A stretch of DNA of 64,000 bases, from assembly GCA_025055015.1 (NCBI GenBank), contig JANWYQ010000210.1, forward strand, positions 22,223 through 86,222, written 5' to 3'. The position numbers and the translations under genes are program-made. Every line of letters begins with the position of its first letter. Positions within the stretch are counted from its first letter, which is position 1. Of the stretch, positions 40,479 through 51,332 are shown one piece after another. This stretch comes from Caldilineales bacterium. Its GTDB lineage: Bacteria > Chloroflexota > Anaerolineae > JAAEKA01. The notes below the pieces were generated by a model that made no database searches, was not told the origin of the DNA, and saw nothing but the letters and a program-made list of their open reading frames with translations.

Positions 40479-41265
40479 CCCGGCGTCGGCGCCCTCTCGA
40501 CCGGAGCCCGACCGGCCCGGCGGCGCCATCTTGCGGCCGGCCGAGGCAGCCGAGGCGTTGTCCGTCAGCCCTGCTACCCTGCGGCGCTGGTCGAGGCGCT
40601 TCGCGCCTTTCCTGAACGCTGCCGAGACGACCGGGGAGGGGGGCCACCGTCGCTACACGCCGGAGGACCTGGCCACTCTGCGCCTGATCAAAGAGCAGCT
40701 GGAGGCTGGCGCCACCTACGACGAGGTGGAGGAGGCGCTGCGCCGATCGGCGGCCGATGGAGCCTCCCCTGCTGCACCGCGCCCATCGGCGCCGGCGCCG
40801 GAGCCTAGCCCGGCGGCAGGCGGGGCGTTGGTGGCCGCGGCGCCGGCAGCCCGCAGCGCAGCGGCCCCGGCCGACGAGTGGCCGCCTGCTGCGCAGATGC
40901 TGCGCGATGCGCTTCACGCCGTGGCCGACAACCAGCAGCTTCTGCTCAACGCGCAGCAGGCCAACCGGGAGCTGCTGGGGGTGGTGATCCAGGACAACCT
41001 CAACCTGAAGGACGAGGCCGCCGGCCTGCAGGAACGGATGCTGGAGCTGGAGCGGGAGCTGGCGGAGCTCCGTCGCCACTACGCCGACTATCGGGAGCGC
41101 ACCGAGACGCGGCTGCGGGTGCTGGAGGACGCGGTCGCGGAGCTGATGGCGCAGCGCTATGCGCCGCCGGCCGGCGCACCGCCTCGCCCGCCGAGCCCGC
41201 CGCCGCCCTCTGGCGGCCAGCCCCCAGAGCGCCGCGGGTTCTGGTCCAAGCTTCTGGGCGGCTAG
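40471..41265 (+). CDS. MerR-like HTH regulator with Ala/Pro-rich linker and C-terminal coiled coil
   Basis: LRPAEAAEALSVSPATLRRWSRRF (MerR HTH). C-terminal heptad-rich LQERMLELERELAELRRHY. Confidence 0.5.
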   Translation: MVSPASAPSRPEPDRPGGAILRPAEAAEALSVSPATLRRWSRRFAPFLNAAETTGEGGHRRYTPEDLATLRLIKEQLEAGATYDEVEEALRRSAADGASPAAPRPSAPAPEPSPAAGGALVAAAPAARSAAAPADEWPPAAQMLRDALHAVADNQQLLLNAQQANRELLGVVIQDNLNLKDEAAGLQERMLELERELAELRRHYADYRERTETRLRVLEDAVAELMAQRYAPPAGAPPRPPSPPPPSGGQPPERRGFWSKLLGG

Positions 41266-41287
41266 ACGGCATCGTCTTCCTGGGGGT

Positions 41288-42769
<1,482 letters not shown>

Positions 42770-42867
42770 AGACGCTCAGGCTTGAGGCGGAAGTCGCAGG
42801 CGGACTCCACGCTCAGAGGGCCGCACTCCAGGATCGCCAAGGGCCAGGTTACACCGAGCCGGGACAG

Positions 42868-42904
42868 AAAAAAGTAGCGAAGCGCACCGACGCGACTTCG
42901 CTAC
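42868..42904 (-). terminator. Rho-independent terminator downstream of rodZ-like gene (hairpin GTAGCGAAG...CTTCGCTAC + T6 on minus strand)
   Basis: 9-bp perfect stem, 13-nt loop, followed by TTTTTT on the transcribed (minus) strand. Confidence 0.7.
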
Positions 42905-42939
42905 CTACAACGGCTAGGGCAAGAAGAGAAGCCGACGGG

Positions 42940-43914
42940 TCAGCCGCTGGGCGCCGGCGTGGGCGTGGGCGTCCGGGTGGGCAGCGGCGTGGGCGTGGTG
43001 ACCACCACTGCGCCGTCGCTCAGCTCCCAGCGGAGAGCCACCACCTGCCCGCGGCTGCCAAGGGGGCCGACCGGCTCGCCGTTCAGGGTGAGCTGCACGC
43101 CTGCTGCGTTGCCGGTGCGCACAGCGATGGACTGTTGCCCTTCCCAGCGCCCGCTCTGGCCCGCCTCCAGGGTGGTCTCCAGCACCTTCTGGTCGTCCAC
43201 CACCACGCTGACCCACGAGCGCTCGGTGGTGATGAGCTCCAGCAGCAACACCGATGCTGCCGGCGCCGACGGCGTTTGCTCTGCGGTCTCGGCCGGCGCT
43301 GTGGCGGTTGGCTCTGGCGTCGGGGTCTCGATGGCTGCAGGCGGCTGGGCCGGCGTAGGCCTGGCGGCTGAGGTCGCCGTTGGCGTCGCCGTGACCCGCA
43401 ACACGATGCGAGTCGGCGTAGGCGTGGGCCCAGCGCTGATGGCCGATCCGGACCCGAGCGTGAGCAGTTGCGACAAGAGCGCGTCCCACCCCTGTCGCCA
43501 GGTGTCCCGCTGCGTCCAGGCCCACCACCCGCCGGCTGCCAGGCCTAGAAGCAGCAAGCCGGTCAGGATGGCCCGCCACGGCAGGCGGCGAGGCGGCGCT
43601 TCTTGCAGCGCCAAGTCTATGGGCTGGTACTCGGCCGGTCGCTCAGGGGGCGGCGTCGGCAGAGGGATGGGCGGCGCTGCGTCGGGCACGCTGCGCCGGT
43701 AGCGGTTAACCGCCTCCTGAGGGTCGAGCCCCAGATAGGCGGCGTACTTGCGCAGAAAGCCGAGGGTGGCCACCTCGCCGGGCAGCGCATCCCACTGCTC
43801 CGCCTCCATGGCCGCCAGGAACTTCTGGCGAATGCGCAGGGTGGCCTCGACCTCGGCCAGGCTCAGGTTCTTGGCCTCGCGCGCAGCGCGCAGCCACGAG
43901 CCAAGCTCGCTCAT
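42940..43914 (-). CDS. rodZ: RodZ-like cytoskeleton protein (XRE HTH + TM + Pro/Thr-rich linker + DUF4115-like C-terminus)
   Basis: N-terminal HTH LGSWLRAAREAKNLSLAEVE, single TM, low-complexity PTPT linker, C-terminal beta domain. Confidence 0.6.
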   Translation of the reverse strand: MSELGSWLRAAREAKNLSLAEVEATLRIRQKFLAAMEAEQWDALPGEVATLGFLRKYAAYLGLDPQEAVNRYRRSVPDAAPPIPLPTPPPERPAEYQPIDLALQEAPPRRLPWRAILTGLLLLGLAAGGWWAWTQRDTWRQGWDALLSQLLTLGSGSAISAGPTPTPTRIVLRVTATPTATSAARPTPAQPPAAIETPTPEPTATAPAETAEQTPSAPAASVLLLELITTERSWVSVVVDDQKVLETTLEAGQSGRWEGQQSIAVRTGNAAGVQLTLNGEPVGPLGSRGQVVALRWELSDGAVVVTTPTPLPTRTPTPTPAPSG

Positions 43915-44277
43915 ACGGTGCTCCGCGTCGGGTCAGCCAGACCAGCGCAACCCAGCGCTCCGTTCGCTTGTTGATGCTGCATAGCCGACACTATACACAC
44001 CGCAAAACGGTTTGTCAAACGGTGGTGCCGTTTGCTTTTTGTTTTCCTCCCGGTTCGGACTGTGCTGTTTGGTGGTTGTGGCCGGCGATGCTACAATGCG
44101 GGCGGCCGCAGACGGGGCTCTGGCTACGGATTGTGAGCCGGGTCCCTGCCCCGGTTGGGCTGGCTGGCTATAGTTAGCGACAGCACAACCCGACGGCTGG
44201 GAGCAGGCCGCTCGGCAGCCTCCCGTGAGCGGCCTGGGCAATCAGCGAGAAGACACGTTTGAGACCGAGAAAGAGCT

Positions 44278-45555
44278 ATGCGCATCCTGTTGTTCACCGG
44301 AAAAGGCGGCGTGGGCAAGACCAGCGTCTCCGCCGCGACCGCTCTGCGCCTCGCCGAGCGGGGCTATCGCACTATCGTGCTCAGCACCGACGCCGCTCAC
44401 AGCCTGGCCGACTCCTTCAACTTGGCCATCGGCAACGAGCCGACCCCCCTGGCGCCGAACCTGTGGGGCCAGGAGATTGACCTGCTGCACCAGATGGAGA
44501 TCCACTGGGGCCGGGTGCAGAACTACTTATCGGCTCTGTTCGTCTGGCGGGGGATGAACGAGCTGGTGGCCGAGGAGACCAGCGTGCTGCCCGGCATGGA
44601 GGAGCTGGCCAGCCTGATGCAGATCAACTACCTGGCCGAGACGGGACAATACGACGCCATCGTGGTGGACTGCGCGCCCACTGGCTCCACCCTGCAGCTC
44701 CTGGCCTTTCCCGAGATGGCGCGCTGGTATCTGGACAAGATCTTCCCCATCGAGCGCACGGCGCTGCGGGTGGCGGGGCCGGTGATCAAGCGCATGACCG
44801 ACCTGCCGCTGCCCGACGACGCGCTGATGGACAGCATCGAGGACCTGATCCTGCAGCTCGAGCGGATGAGCAAGCTGCTGAGCAACCGCGACATCACCAC
44901 GGTGCGCTTGGTGCTGAACCCGGAGAAGATGGTGGTGAAGGAGGCGCAGCGCGCGCTCACCTACCTGAGCCTCTACGGCTACGCCACCGACCTGGTGATC
45001 TGCAACCGCATGATCCCCAGCTCGGTGACCGATGCCTACTTTGCCCACTGGAAGGACATTCAGGCCAAGTACCATCAGCTGGTGGAGGAGGCCTTCAGCC
45101 CGCTGCCGATTCGCGATATCCCCCTGTTCTCGGACGAGGTGGTGGGCGTGGAGATGCTGCGCCGCATGGGCGAGGCGCTGTACGGCGACACCGACCCGGC
45201 CACCATTTTCTATCGCGGCCGCGCCCAAGAAGTGGTGAAGAACAACGGCGTCTATCAGCTCCGCATCCCCCTGCCGTTCCTGGAGCGGTCAGCCGTCCGG
45301 CTCACCCGCTCGCTGAGCGACGAGCTGATCGTGCACATCGGCAACTGGAAGCGCAACATCGCCCTGCCGCGGGTGCTGAGCGGGTTGGCCGTGCAGGGCG
45401 CGCGCTACGAGGACCAGACGTTGGTGGTGTCGTTCCGGGCGCCGGAGGGAGCTTCGACAGGCTCGGCTTCAACAGGCCCAGCCGCCGCTGCGACAAGGTC
45501 GGCGGCCGCTGCGACAGGCTCGGCAGCCGCTGCGGGGACAGCTTGCGCGGGATGA
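44278..45555 (+). CDS. ArsA/GET3-family anion-transporting-type ATPase
   Basis: Deviant Walker A FTGKGGVGKTS, switch DTAP/DCAPTG. C-terminal Ala-rich tail is encoded by ~21-bp repeats. Confidence 0.8.
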   Translation: MRILLFTGKGGVGKTSVSAATALRLAERGYRTIVLSTDAAHSLADSFNLAIGNEPTPLAPNLWGQEIDLLHQMEIHWGRVQNYLSALFVWRGMNELVAEETSVLPGMEELASLMQINYLAETGQYDAIVVDCAPTGSTLQLLAFPEMARWYLDKIFPIERTALRVAGPVIKRMTDLPLPDDALMDSIEDLILQLERMSKLLSNRDITTVRLVLNPEKMVVKEAQRALTYLSLYGYATDLVICNRMIPSSVTDAYFAHWKDIQAKYHQLVEEAFSPLPIRDIPLFSDEVVGVEMLRRMGEALYGDTDPATIFYRGRAQEVVKNNGVYQLRIPLPFLERSAVRLTRSLSDELIVHIGNWKRNIALPRVLSGLAVQGARYEDQTLVVSFRAPEGASTGSASTGPAAAATRSAAAATGSAAAAGTACAG

Positions 45556-45562
45556 AACCTGG

Positions 45563-45603
45563 AGGGTGGCCAACCGTTCCGACGTTGGCCACCCTGTTTT
45601 CTT
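45563..45603. terminator. Bidirectional rho-independent terminator (13-bp stem AGGGTGGCCAACG/CGTTGGCCACCCT + TTTTCTT) between convergent genes
   Basis: Perfect inverted repeat with T-run; overlaps the stop of the minus-strand gene. Confidence 0.7.
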
Positions 45604-46390
45604 ACCCGTTCTCAAGCACCAACTCGGCGAAGGGGAGGGCAAAGGCCACCGGCCGCGCCGGCCCGCGGCAGTTGAACACCATGCCGTCCAGCGCCGTCAT
45701 GGCGGCCACCCGGCTGAACAGGTCCCGGCCACTGAGCTCCAGCATGGACAGCAGCGCCTTGGCATCCTCGCTCTCGCCCTCCAGGAAGGCTTCCACGGCG
45801 TCCCGGTGGGTGAAGATCGCCAGCAGCCGGCGGTCGCGGTCGTCGGGCGCCAAAGCCAGGAAGGTGCGCCCCTCCGCCGTCCACAACACCACGAGGTAGT
45901 GGGGGTAGTCCAGCACCAGGGAGAAGGCGTTGGGGACCTCCTCCCCCGCGCGCAGCGCCACCAGCGCTTGCTCCACTTGGACGGCCTGGGCCATGGCCGC
46001 CAAGGCGGGAAAGCTCTGCTTGCCGTAGCTGAGCCGCCACGGGGAGGCGGGGTCAATCTCCACGTAGTCGAATTGGTCCAGGGGCAGAGCGTTGATGGCC
46101 CACGCGCCGTCGGCGGTGAGCAGGAGCGCGCCCGACGGGCTCTCGCCCGTGGCCTGGCAGAAGGCGGCGTAGGCGTCGGCGTCGGAGAATAGGTAAAAGC
46201 GGCGAATACCGCCGGGGTCCTCGCTGTAGCGCAGGCGCACCCCCTCGCTGCCCGTGGGCTCGCCTTCCGCCACCCGCGAGACCGGCACCAGCCACTCGCG
46301 GTAGGACAGGAGGCGGCGCATGAGTTGCGCGCCGGTGATCTGTTGGGACTGCCAGGCAGCGATGGCTTCTTGAACAGGCTTCTTGGGCAT
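45602..46390 (-). CDS. Hypothetical cytoplasmic protein (SseB-like?)
   Basis: Start at MPKKPVQ, with RBS gaaggagac on the minus strand. Confidence 0.45.
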   Translation of the reverse strand: MPKKPVQEAIAAWQSQQITGAQLMRRLLSYREWLVPVSRVAEGEPTGSEGVRLRYSEDPGGIRRFYLFSDADAYAAFCQATGESPSGALLLTADGAWAINALPLDQFDYVEIDPASPWRLSYGKQSFPALAAMAQAVQVEQALVALRAGEEVPNAFSLVLDYPHYLVVLWTAEGRTFLALAPDDRDRRLLAIFTHRDAVEAFLEGESEDAKALLSMLELSGRDLFSRVAAMTALDGMVFNCRGPARPVAFALPFAELVLENG

Positions 46391-46515
46391 GGACGTGTCT
46401 CCTTCGGCGATCAGAGGGGAAAAGCACAGATCAATCAAGGGCGCCCATGTGAACACGCTCTCGGCCCTGGCCGACACGTCATGCCGCAAGGTGCGAGAGG
46501 CGCAGACGCAACGGG

Positions 46516-47463
46516 CTAGGTCTGCTCTTTGGGAGCGGGCTCGTCACCCGAGGGCGGCGCCGACTCCAGGAGCTGGTAGATGTCCGCAGGTTCGTCGGCC
46601 GAGGTCTCCGGCTGTGGTGGCTTCGGCGCGACGGGCGCTGCCGGCTCGACCAGGGTGATAGGCGCACGGGCAAAGCGCGCCGGCTGCGGCGCTGGCTCGG
46701 CCATCGCATGGACCTCGGCGCCGGGCGCGGGCGCGACCTCTGCGGGAGCCGGCTCGGCCGGCAGCGCTACAGGCGCCGGCTCCTTGCCCGACCGGGTAAT
46801 GGCCACCACGAACAGGGCTACTCCCAGCCCGATCACCAACAGCGGCCACAGGTTCACCAGCGCCTCCATGGTGGGATAGCGCTGGCGCAGGCCGCTGGCC
46901 AGGCTCACCAGCGCCATGGCGGCCAAGACGGCCGTCGGCACCAGCGGCCAGTGGCCGGTGCTCCGCTCCGGCGTGAGCAGGTAGATCAGCGCAAAGGTGA
47001 GGCTCAGGCCGCCGAACATCACCGCGCCCAGGAAAGGAGGCGTGACGCCTGCGTCGTTCAGCACCACCATGGCCACCAGCACCAGCAGCGCGCCGAAGGG
47101 GATCAGCCCCCACCAGCGCTCTCGACGGTTGGTGAAGTAGATCACGGCAAAGGCCAGCGCCAGCGCCACGAAGAGCACCACGCCCATCCAGACGAAGGGC
47201 ACTTGGCGCCAATACAGGTAGACCAGGCCCCCCACCGCCAACAGAGTAAATCCGGGGATCACCAGCCACCAGCTTTGGCGCCGAAAGACCATGTAGGCGA
47301 CCAGGTAGCCCAGGCCGGCCACGGCAAACAGGCCGGCCGCCACCAGGGCCATGGTCTGCGCGTTGGCCGAGAAGACGCCGAAGTTCCAGAGCAGGAACAG
47401 CAGGCCGACCACCACCAGGAGGATGCCGGCCAAGATGGGGTTGCGAACGCTCTTAGACTGCAT
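46516..47463 (-). CDS. Polytopic membrane protein with internal TM-pair repeats and Pro/Ala-rich C-terminal tail
   Basis: ~8 TM helices in repeated pairs. C-terminus is PAPAEVAPAPG low complexity. Confidence 0.55.
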   Translation of the reverse strand: MQSKSVRNPILAGILLVVVGLLFLLWNFGVFSANAQTMALVAAGLFAVAGLGYLVAYMVFRRQSWWLVIPGFTLLAVGGLVYLYWRQVPFVWMGVVLFVALALAFAVIYFTNRRERWWGLIPFGALLVLVAMVVLNDAGVTPPFLGAVMFGGLSLTFALIYLLTPERSTGHWPLVPTAVLAAMALVSLASGLRQRYPTMEALVNLWPLLVIGLGVALFVVAITRSGKEPAPVALPAEPAPAEVAPAPGAEVHAMAEPAPQPARFARAPITLVEPAAPVAPKPPQPETSADEPADIYQLLESAPPSGDEPAPKEQT

Positions 47464-47494
47464 GAGGGCTACACTCCTTGGATGAAACAGTCCG

Positions 47495-47809
47495 CTAGCG
47501 GCGCAGGCTGCGCCAGGCCGCGAACGCCTGCCAGGCGAACAGCAGGGCCAGCACGGCCCAGGCGGCCGTCTCCCACCAGCGCGGGCTGCTGAGGGCCAGG
47601 CCGACGCTGAAGAGCACCATGCCCAGGCCGGCCGCCGCCTGAAAGCCGGCGCTGCCCAAGGCTTGGCGCAGGCTCAGGCGGGGGGACTGGATGCGCCGCC
47701 ACCAGTCGGCGTAGCTGAAGGCCGCCAGCACCACGGCCAGGCCCAGCACCCACAGCGCGTTGCGAAAGACGCCGTACCAGTCAATCATGGTCCTAGCCCA
47801 GGTAGCCAA
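47495..47809 (-). CDS. Small 3-TM membrane protein
   Basis: Hydrophobic ORF. Overlaps the end of the upstream AlkP gene by ~17 nt. Confidence 0.4.
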   Translation of the reverse strand: MATWARTMIDWYGVFRNALWVLGLAVVLAAFSYADWWRRIQSPRLSLRQALGSAGFQAAAGLGMVLFSVGLALSSPRWWETAAWAVLALLFAWQAFAAWRSLRR

Positions 47810-49511
47810 GCCCGGCCAGCCGCTCCCGCACCTGGGCCGCCTCGGCGTCGCTGTAGTCCACCGCCGCTCCGGCGGCCTGGAAGCCCAGCTCGGCCAACGG
47901 CGTGGTCTCTACCGCCTGCGCAGCCGGCTGCAGCGCCTCCACCAGCGCGCGGCCGTCCATCTCCGCCGGCGCCGGCAGGCCGAGCAGGTGCAGGGCCGTG
48001 GGCGCCACGTCCACCAGGTTGGCGCCCTGGACGCGGCTGCCCGGCTGCACCAGCGGGCCCCAAGCCAGGAAGATGCCGTCCTGGCGATGGCAGCCGCTGA
48101 TGGGCCGCTGGGCCAGCTCTTGCCGGCTCAGGTGGCGCACCGGTGAGGGCCCACGGTAGGTCCCGCGCTGCTTGAACATGTCCGGGTACTCAGCCTCCAC
48201 CACCAGGTCGGGCAGGCGCTCCAGGAAGGGGCCGGCGTACAGCTCCTCGCGGCGCCACACGCGGCGGATGGGTCGGCTGCCCGTGAGGGGGTCGGTCAGG
48301 CTGGGCAGCTCCGCCACGATCCGGTCCCGCAGGGCCTCGTACTCTGCGCCGGGCTGCACGATGCCCTGGGGATCGCGGCCGGCCAGGTTGATCCAGATGT
48401 TGCCCCGCAGCTCCTCGCTGAACGCGCGCGTGCGGCTCCAGTCCACGCCGGGGAAGAAGGTCTCTGCGCCCAGCCGCGCGCGCAGGCTGTCCGGCCACAG
48501 GCGGCGCAGCTTGGCCAGGGTCTGGAAGGGGATGCGGCCGTGGACCAGGCGCCGCGCTCGCTGCACCGCGCGGGCCGCCAGGGCTGTGGCCTGCTCGCTG
48601 GCGCTGCGGCGTTCGTCCGCCCCGTGGAAGCGCAGCAGGCCGGCCTGTTCCAGCCACAGGTTCAGGTGGATGGCCACCGGCCCCATCGGCCCTTGGCCGT
48701 GGTCCGACACCACCAGCACATGGCAGTCGCCCAACGACGCCGCGTAGTCCAACACCTCGGCCAGGCGCCGGTCGCAGGCCTGGTAGACCTCGCGCAGGGT
48801 CTCGCCGTAGCGGGCGGCCTCGGCCGGGTCGTGGAGGGGATGAGCGGGGTCGTGGTACTTCCAGAAGAAGTGGGCGGCGCCGTCGGGTGCGCTGGTCACG
48901 AAGAAGGCCAGGCGCCACGGCCGGGTGCGCATCAGGTGCATGGCCACGTCGAAGCGCACCTCCACCTCGCGCAGCAGCTCCTCGCGCGCCCGATCCGGAC
49001 GGCCCCGCTGCATCCACATCCAGTCGTCCGGCACGATGACGTAGGGCGTGCGGCTGACCCGGTCCAGCTCGGCCTTAAGCTCAGGGGGATGGGTGTAGGC
49101 CGCGTCCAGGCCGGGGGTGTCGCGGCCGCTGACCATCACCCCGCGGATCGGCTCCGGCGGGTAGGTGTGGGGCACGTTGACCACCAGGGCCTCCAGCCCT
49201 TGGCGGCTCAGCAGGTTCCACAAGGCCGGAAAGGCGCGGTGGCTGGCGTTCACCAGGCGAAAGCCGTAGGTGGTGAAGTCCCGTTCCCAGAAGTCGAAGA
49301 TGCGGTGCTTGCCCTGCTGCACGCCCGTTACCATGGAGGTCCACGCCTGGGCTGTAAAGGGGTGGAGCACGGAGCGCAGCCGGCCCCAGGCGCCCTCGGC
49401 CATCAGCCGGCGGAGGGTGGGCAAGGCGCCGGCCGCGGCCCACGGCTCGATCAGGTCGAAGGTGGCGCCGTCCAGGCCCACGATGATCAGGCGGGAAGGA
49501 GGAGTGGACAT
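47793..49511 (-). CDS. Alkaline-phosphatase-superfamily protein (type I phosphodiesterase/nucleotide pyrophosphatase family, PF01663-like), cytoplasmic
   Basis: N-terminal LIIVGLDGATFDL metal-ligand motif, SDHG. No signal peptide. Start at MSTPPSRL. Confidence 0.7.
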   Translation of the reverse strand: MSTPPSRLIIVGLDGATFDLIEPWAAAGALPTLRRLMAEGAWGRLRSVLHPFTAQAWTSMVTGVQQGKHRIFDFWERDFTTYGFRLVNASHRAFPALWNLLSRQGLEALVVNVPHTYPPEPIRGVMVSGRDTPGLDAAYTHPPELKAELDRVSRTPYVIVPDDWMWMQRGRPDRAREELLREVEVRFDVAMHLMRTRPWRLAFFVTSAPDGAAHFFWKYHDPAHPLHDPAEAARYGETLREVYQACDRRLAEVLDYAASLGDCHVLVVSDHGQGPMGPVAIHLNLWLEQAGLLRFHGADERRSASEQATALAARAVQRARRLVHGRIPFQTLAKLRRLWPDSLRARLGAETFFPGVDWSRTRAFSEELRGNIWINLAGRDPQGIVQPGAEYEALRDRIVAELPSLTDPLTGSRPIRRVWRREELYAGPFLERLPDLVVEAEYPDMFKQRGTYRGPSPVRHLSRQELAQRPISGCHRQDGIFLAWGPLVQPGSRVQGANLVDVAPTALHLLGLPAPAEMDGRALVEALQPAAQAVETTPLAELGFQAAGAAVDYSDAEAAQVRERLAGLGYLG

Positions 49512-49691
49512 GGTCAGAGGGAACGTCTGTCCGGGCTGGGCACGTCGAGGCCGGCCGGAGCCGGGGCGCAAGCCCGCTTTAACGATTAGCTGGTCAGGCG
49601 ACTGCCCGCCGCAGGCTGTGTCACGCGGCGTCGGTACTATACACGAGGGGCCGGGTTCTGCCAAGACGGCTACCTCGGCCACCGGCGGCCG

Positions 49692-51332
49692 CTAGCCGAG
49701 GTAGCCCAAGGCCGCCAGCCGTTCCTCCACGCGCGCGGCGTCGGCGTCGGTGTAGCCGCCGGCCTCGCCCAGGTCCACCGCCGGCAGCGGCAGGTCGGCG
49801 TGGACGGGCGGACGGCGCTGCAGGTAGGTGGGGTCGAACGCGGCCTCGATCACCCGGCCGTCCAGCGCAGTGGGCACCGGCAGGCCCAGGGCGTAGAGCA
49901 GCGTGGGCAGGGCGTCGGCGATGTCGTGGGGCGGCAGGGCAGCGCCGGCCCGCACGCCGGGCCCCAGGGCGATGAACACGCCGTCGGGCTGGTGGATGCC
50001 TGCGCCCTCGGCCGCGGCGTCGCTGAAGCAGCCCTGGGCCAGCGGCTCGCCGGAGGGCTCGTAGCCGGGAGCCAACGCCAGCAGCAGGTCGGGCGCCTCG
50101 GCCACGTAGGGGCCGCTGTACAGCGCCTCGCGGGGGTAGACAGCCTGCACCGCCGGCCGGCCGGTGGCGGGGTCCTGCAGGGCCAGGAGCGCATCGGCCA
50201 CAGCGCGGCGCAGGGCGTCGTACTCGTCGGCGGGGACCACGCCCTGCGGCTCCCGCCCGGCCAGGTTGACGTAAATTGCGTGCTCCATGCTGCGGCCGCT
50301 GTACACGCGGGTGTGAGACCAGTCCACCAGCGCAGCGGTGGCCAGGGCACGGCGTCCCCGCAGCAGCAGCGAGCGGGGTAGAAGCCGCTTCACCCGCTGC
50401 ACCGGCCCGCGCAGCCGGCGGCGCAGGGTGGCCCGGCCGGCTGCGTAGCGCAGCCACCCCTGCTGGGCCAGCCAGGCGTCTACGTGGAAGCGCCGTCGCA
50501 GCGGCCCAAAGCCATGGTCCGACACAAAAAACACAGGCGTCTCCGGCCCTGTCAGCTCCGCCAGCAGGCGGCCCACCACCCGATCCACCTCGCGGTAGCA
50601 GGCCAGCACGGTCGCGTGCAAGGTGGACCGCCGCGCGGCCGCGTCGCCCTCGGCCGCCAGCTCCTCCAGGACCCGCCAGGCGTAGTGTTGCAGCCGGTCC
50701 ATGGTCTCGAACACCACCACCAGCACGTCCACCGGCCGCTCCGCCAGCAGGCGAAACAGGGCGGCCTCTCGGCGCAGCAGGGCCGTGTGCAGGTCGCGGG
50801 CCACGGCGGTGAGCCCTTCGGCGGTGGCCACGTCCCGCTCGTGGAGCTTGATGCGGATGTCGCAGATGTAGCCGGCGCGGCGCAGGCCCTCGGCCAGGTC
50901 GGGCGGGTAGGTGAAGGGGTGCTCGGTGTCGGGGGTGAGCATGCCGGTGATCATCCAGCCGCCGGCGGGCATGGGCTCCGGCGGCCAGGAGATGGGCATG
51001 TTGACGCAGGCGGTGGCGAGGCCGTGCTGGGCGAGCCAGTGCCACAGCCGCGGGCCGCGCAGGGCCGTGCCGTCAATGAACTCCCGCGCCATGCTGCCCG
51101 GACGGCGGCGCTGGAAGGAGAAGACGCCGTGCTTGCCGGGGTTGACCCCGGTGAGGAACGTGCCCCAGGCGGGCGCGGTCAGCGGGGGCACGGTGGAGCG
51201 CAGGACGCCGGCCGCGCCCCGCTGCGTTGCGGCCTGCAGGTGGGGCAGCCAGCCGTGGGCTATGAAGGGCCGCAGCAGGTCGAAGGTGGCGCCGTCCAAG
51301 CCGATCACTAGGCCGCGCAGGGGAATGGTCAT
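49692..51332 (-). CDS. Second AlkP-superfamily (PF01663-like) protein, paralog of downstream gene
   Basis: LVIGLDGATFDLL, VSDHGFGP. Start at MTIPLRG. ATGA overlap with the flippase stop. Printed coordinates in this area appear to differ from the ORF track by about 1 nt. Confidence 0.7.
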   Translation of the reverse strand: MTIPLRGLVIGLDGATFDLLRPFIAHGWLPHLQAATQRGAAGVLRSTVPPLTAPAWGTFLTGVNPGKHGVFSFQRRRPGSMAREFIDGTALRGPRLWHWLAQHGLATACVNMPISWPPEPMPAGGWMITGMLTPDTEHPFTYPPDLAEGLRRAGYICDIRIKLHERDVATAEGLTAVARDLHTALLRREAALFRLLAERPVDVLVVVFETMDRLQHYAWRVLEELAAEGDAAARRSTLHATVLACYREVDRVVGRLLAELTGPETPVFFVSDHGFGPLRRRFHVDAWLAQQGWLRYAAGRATLRRRLRGPVQRVKRLLPRSLLLRGRRALATAALVDWSHTRVYSGRSMEHAIYVNLAGREPQGVVPADEYDALRRAVADALLALQDPATGRPAVQAVYPREALYSGPYVAEAPDLLLALAPGYEPSGEPLAQGCFSDAAAEGAGIHQPDGVFIALGPGVRAGAALPPHDIADALPTLLYALGLPVPTALDGRVIEAAFDPTYLQRRPPVHADLPLPAVDLGEAGGYTDADAARVEERLAALGYLG

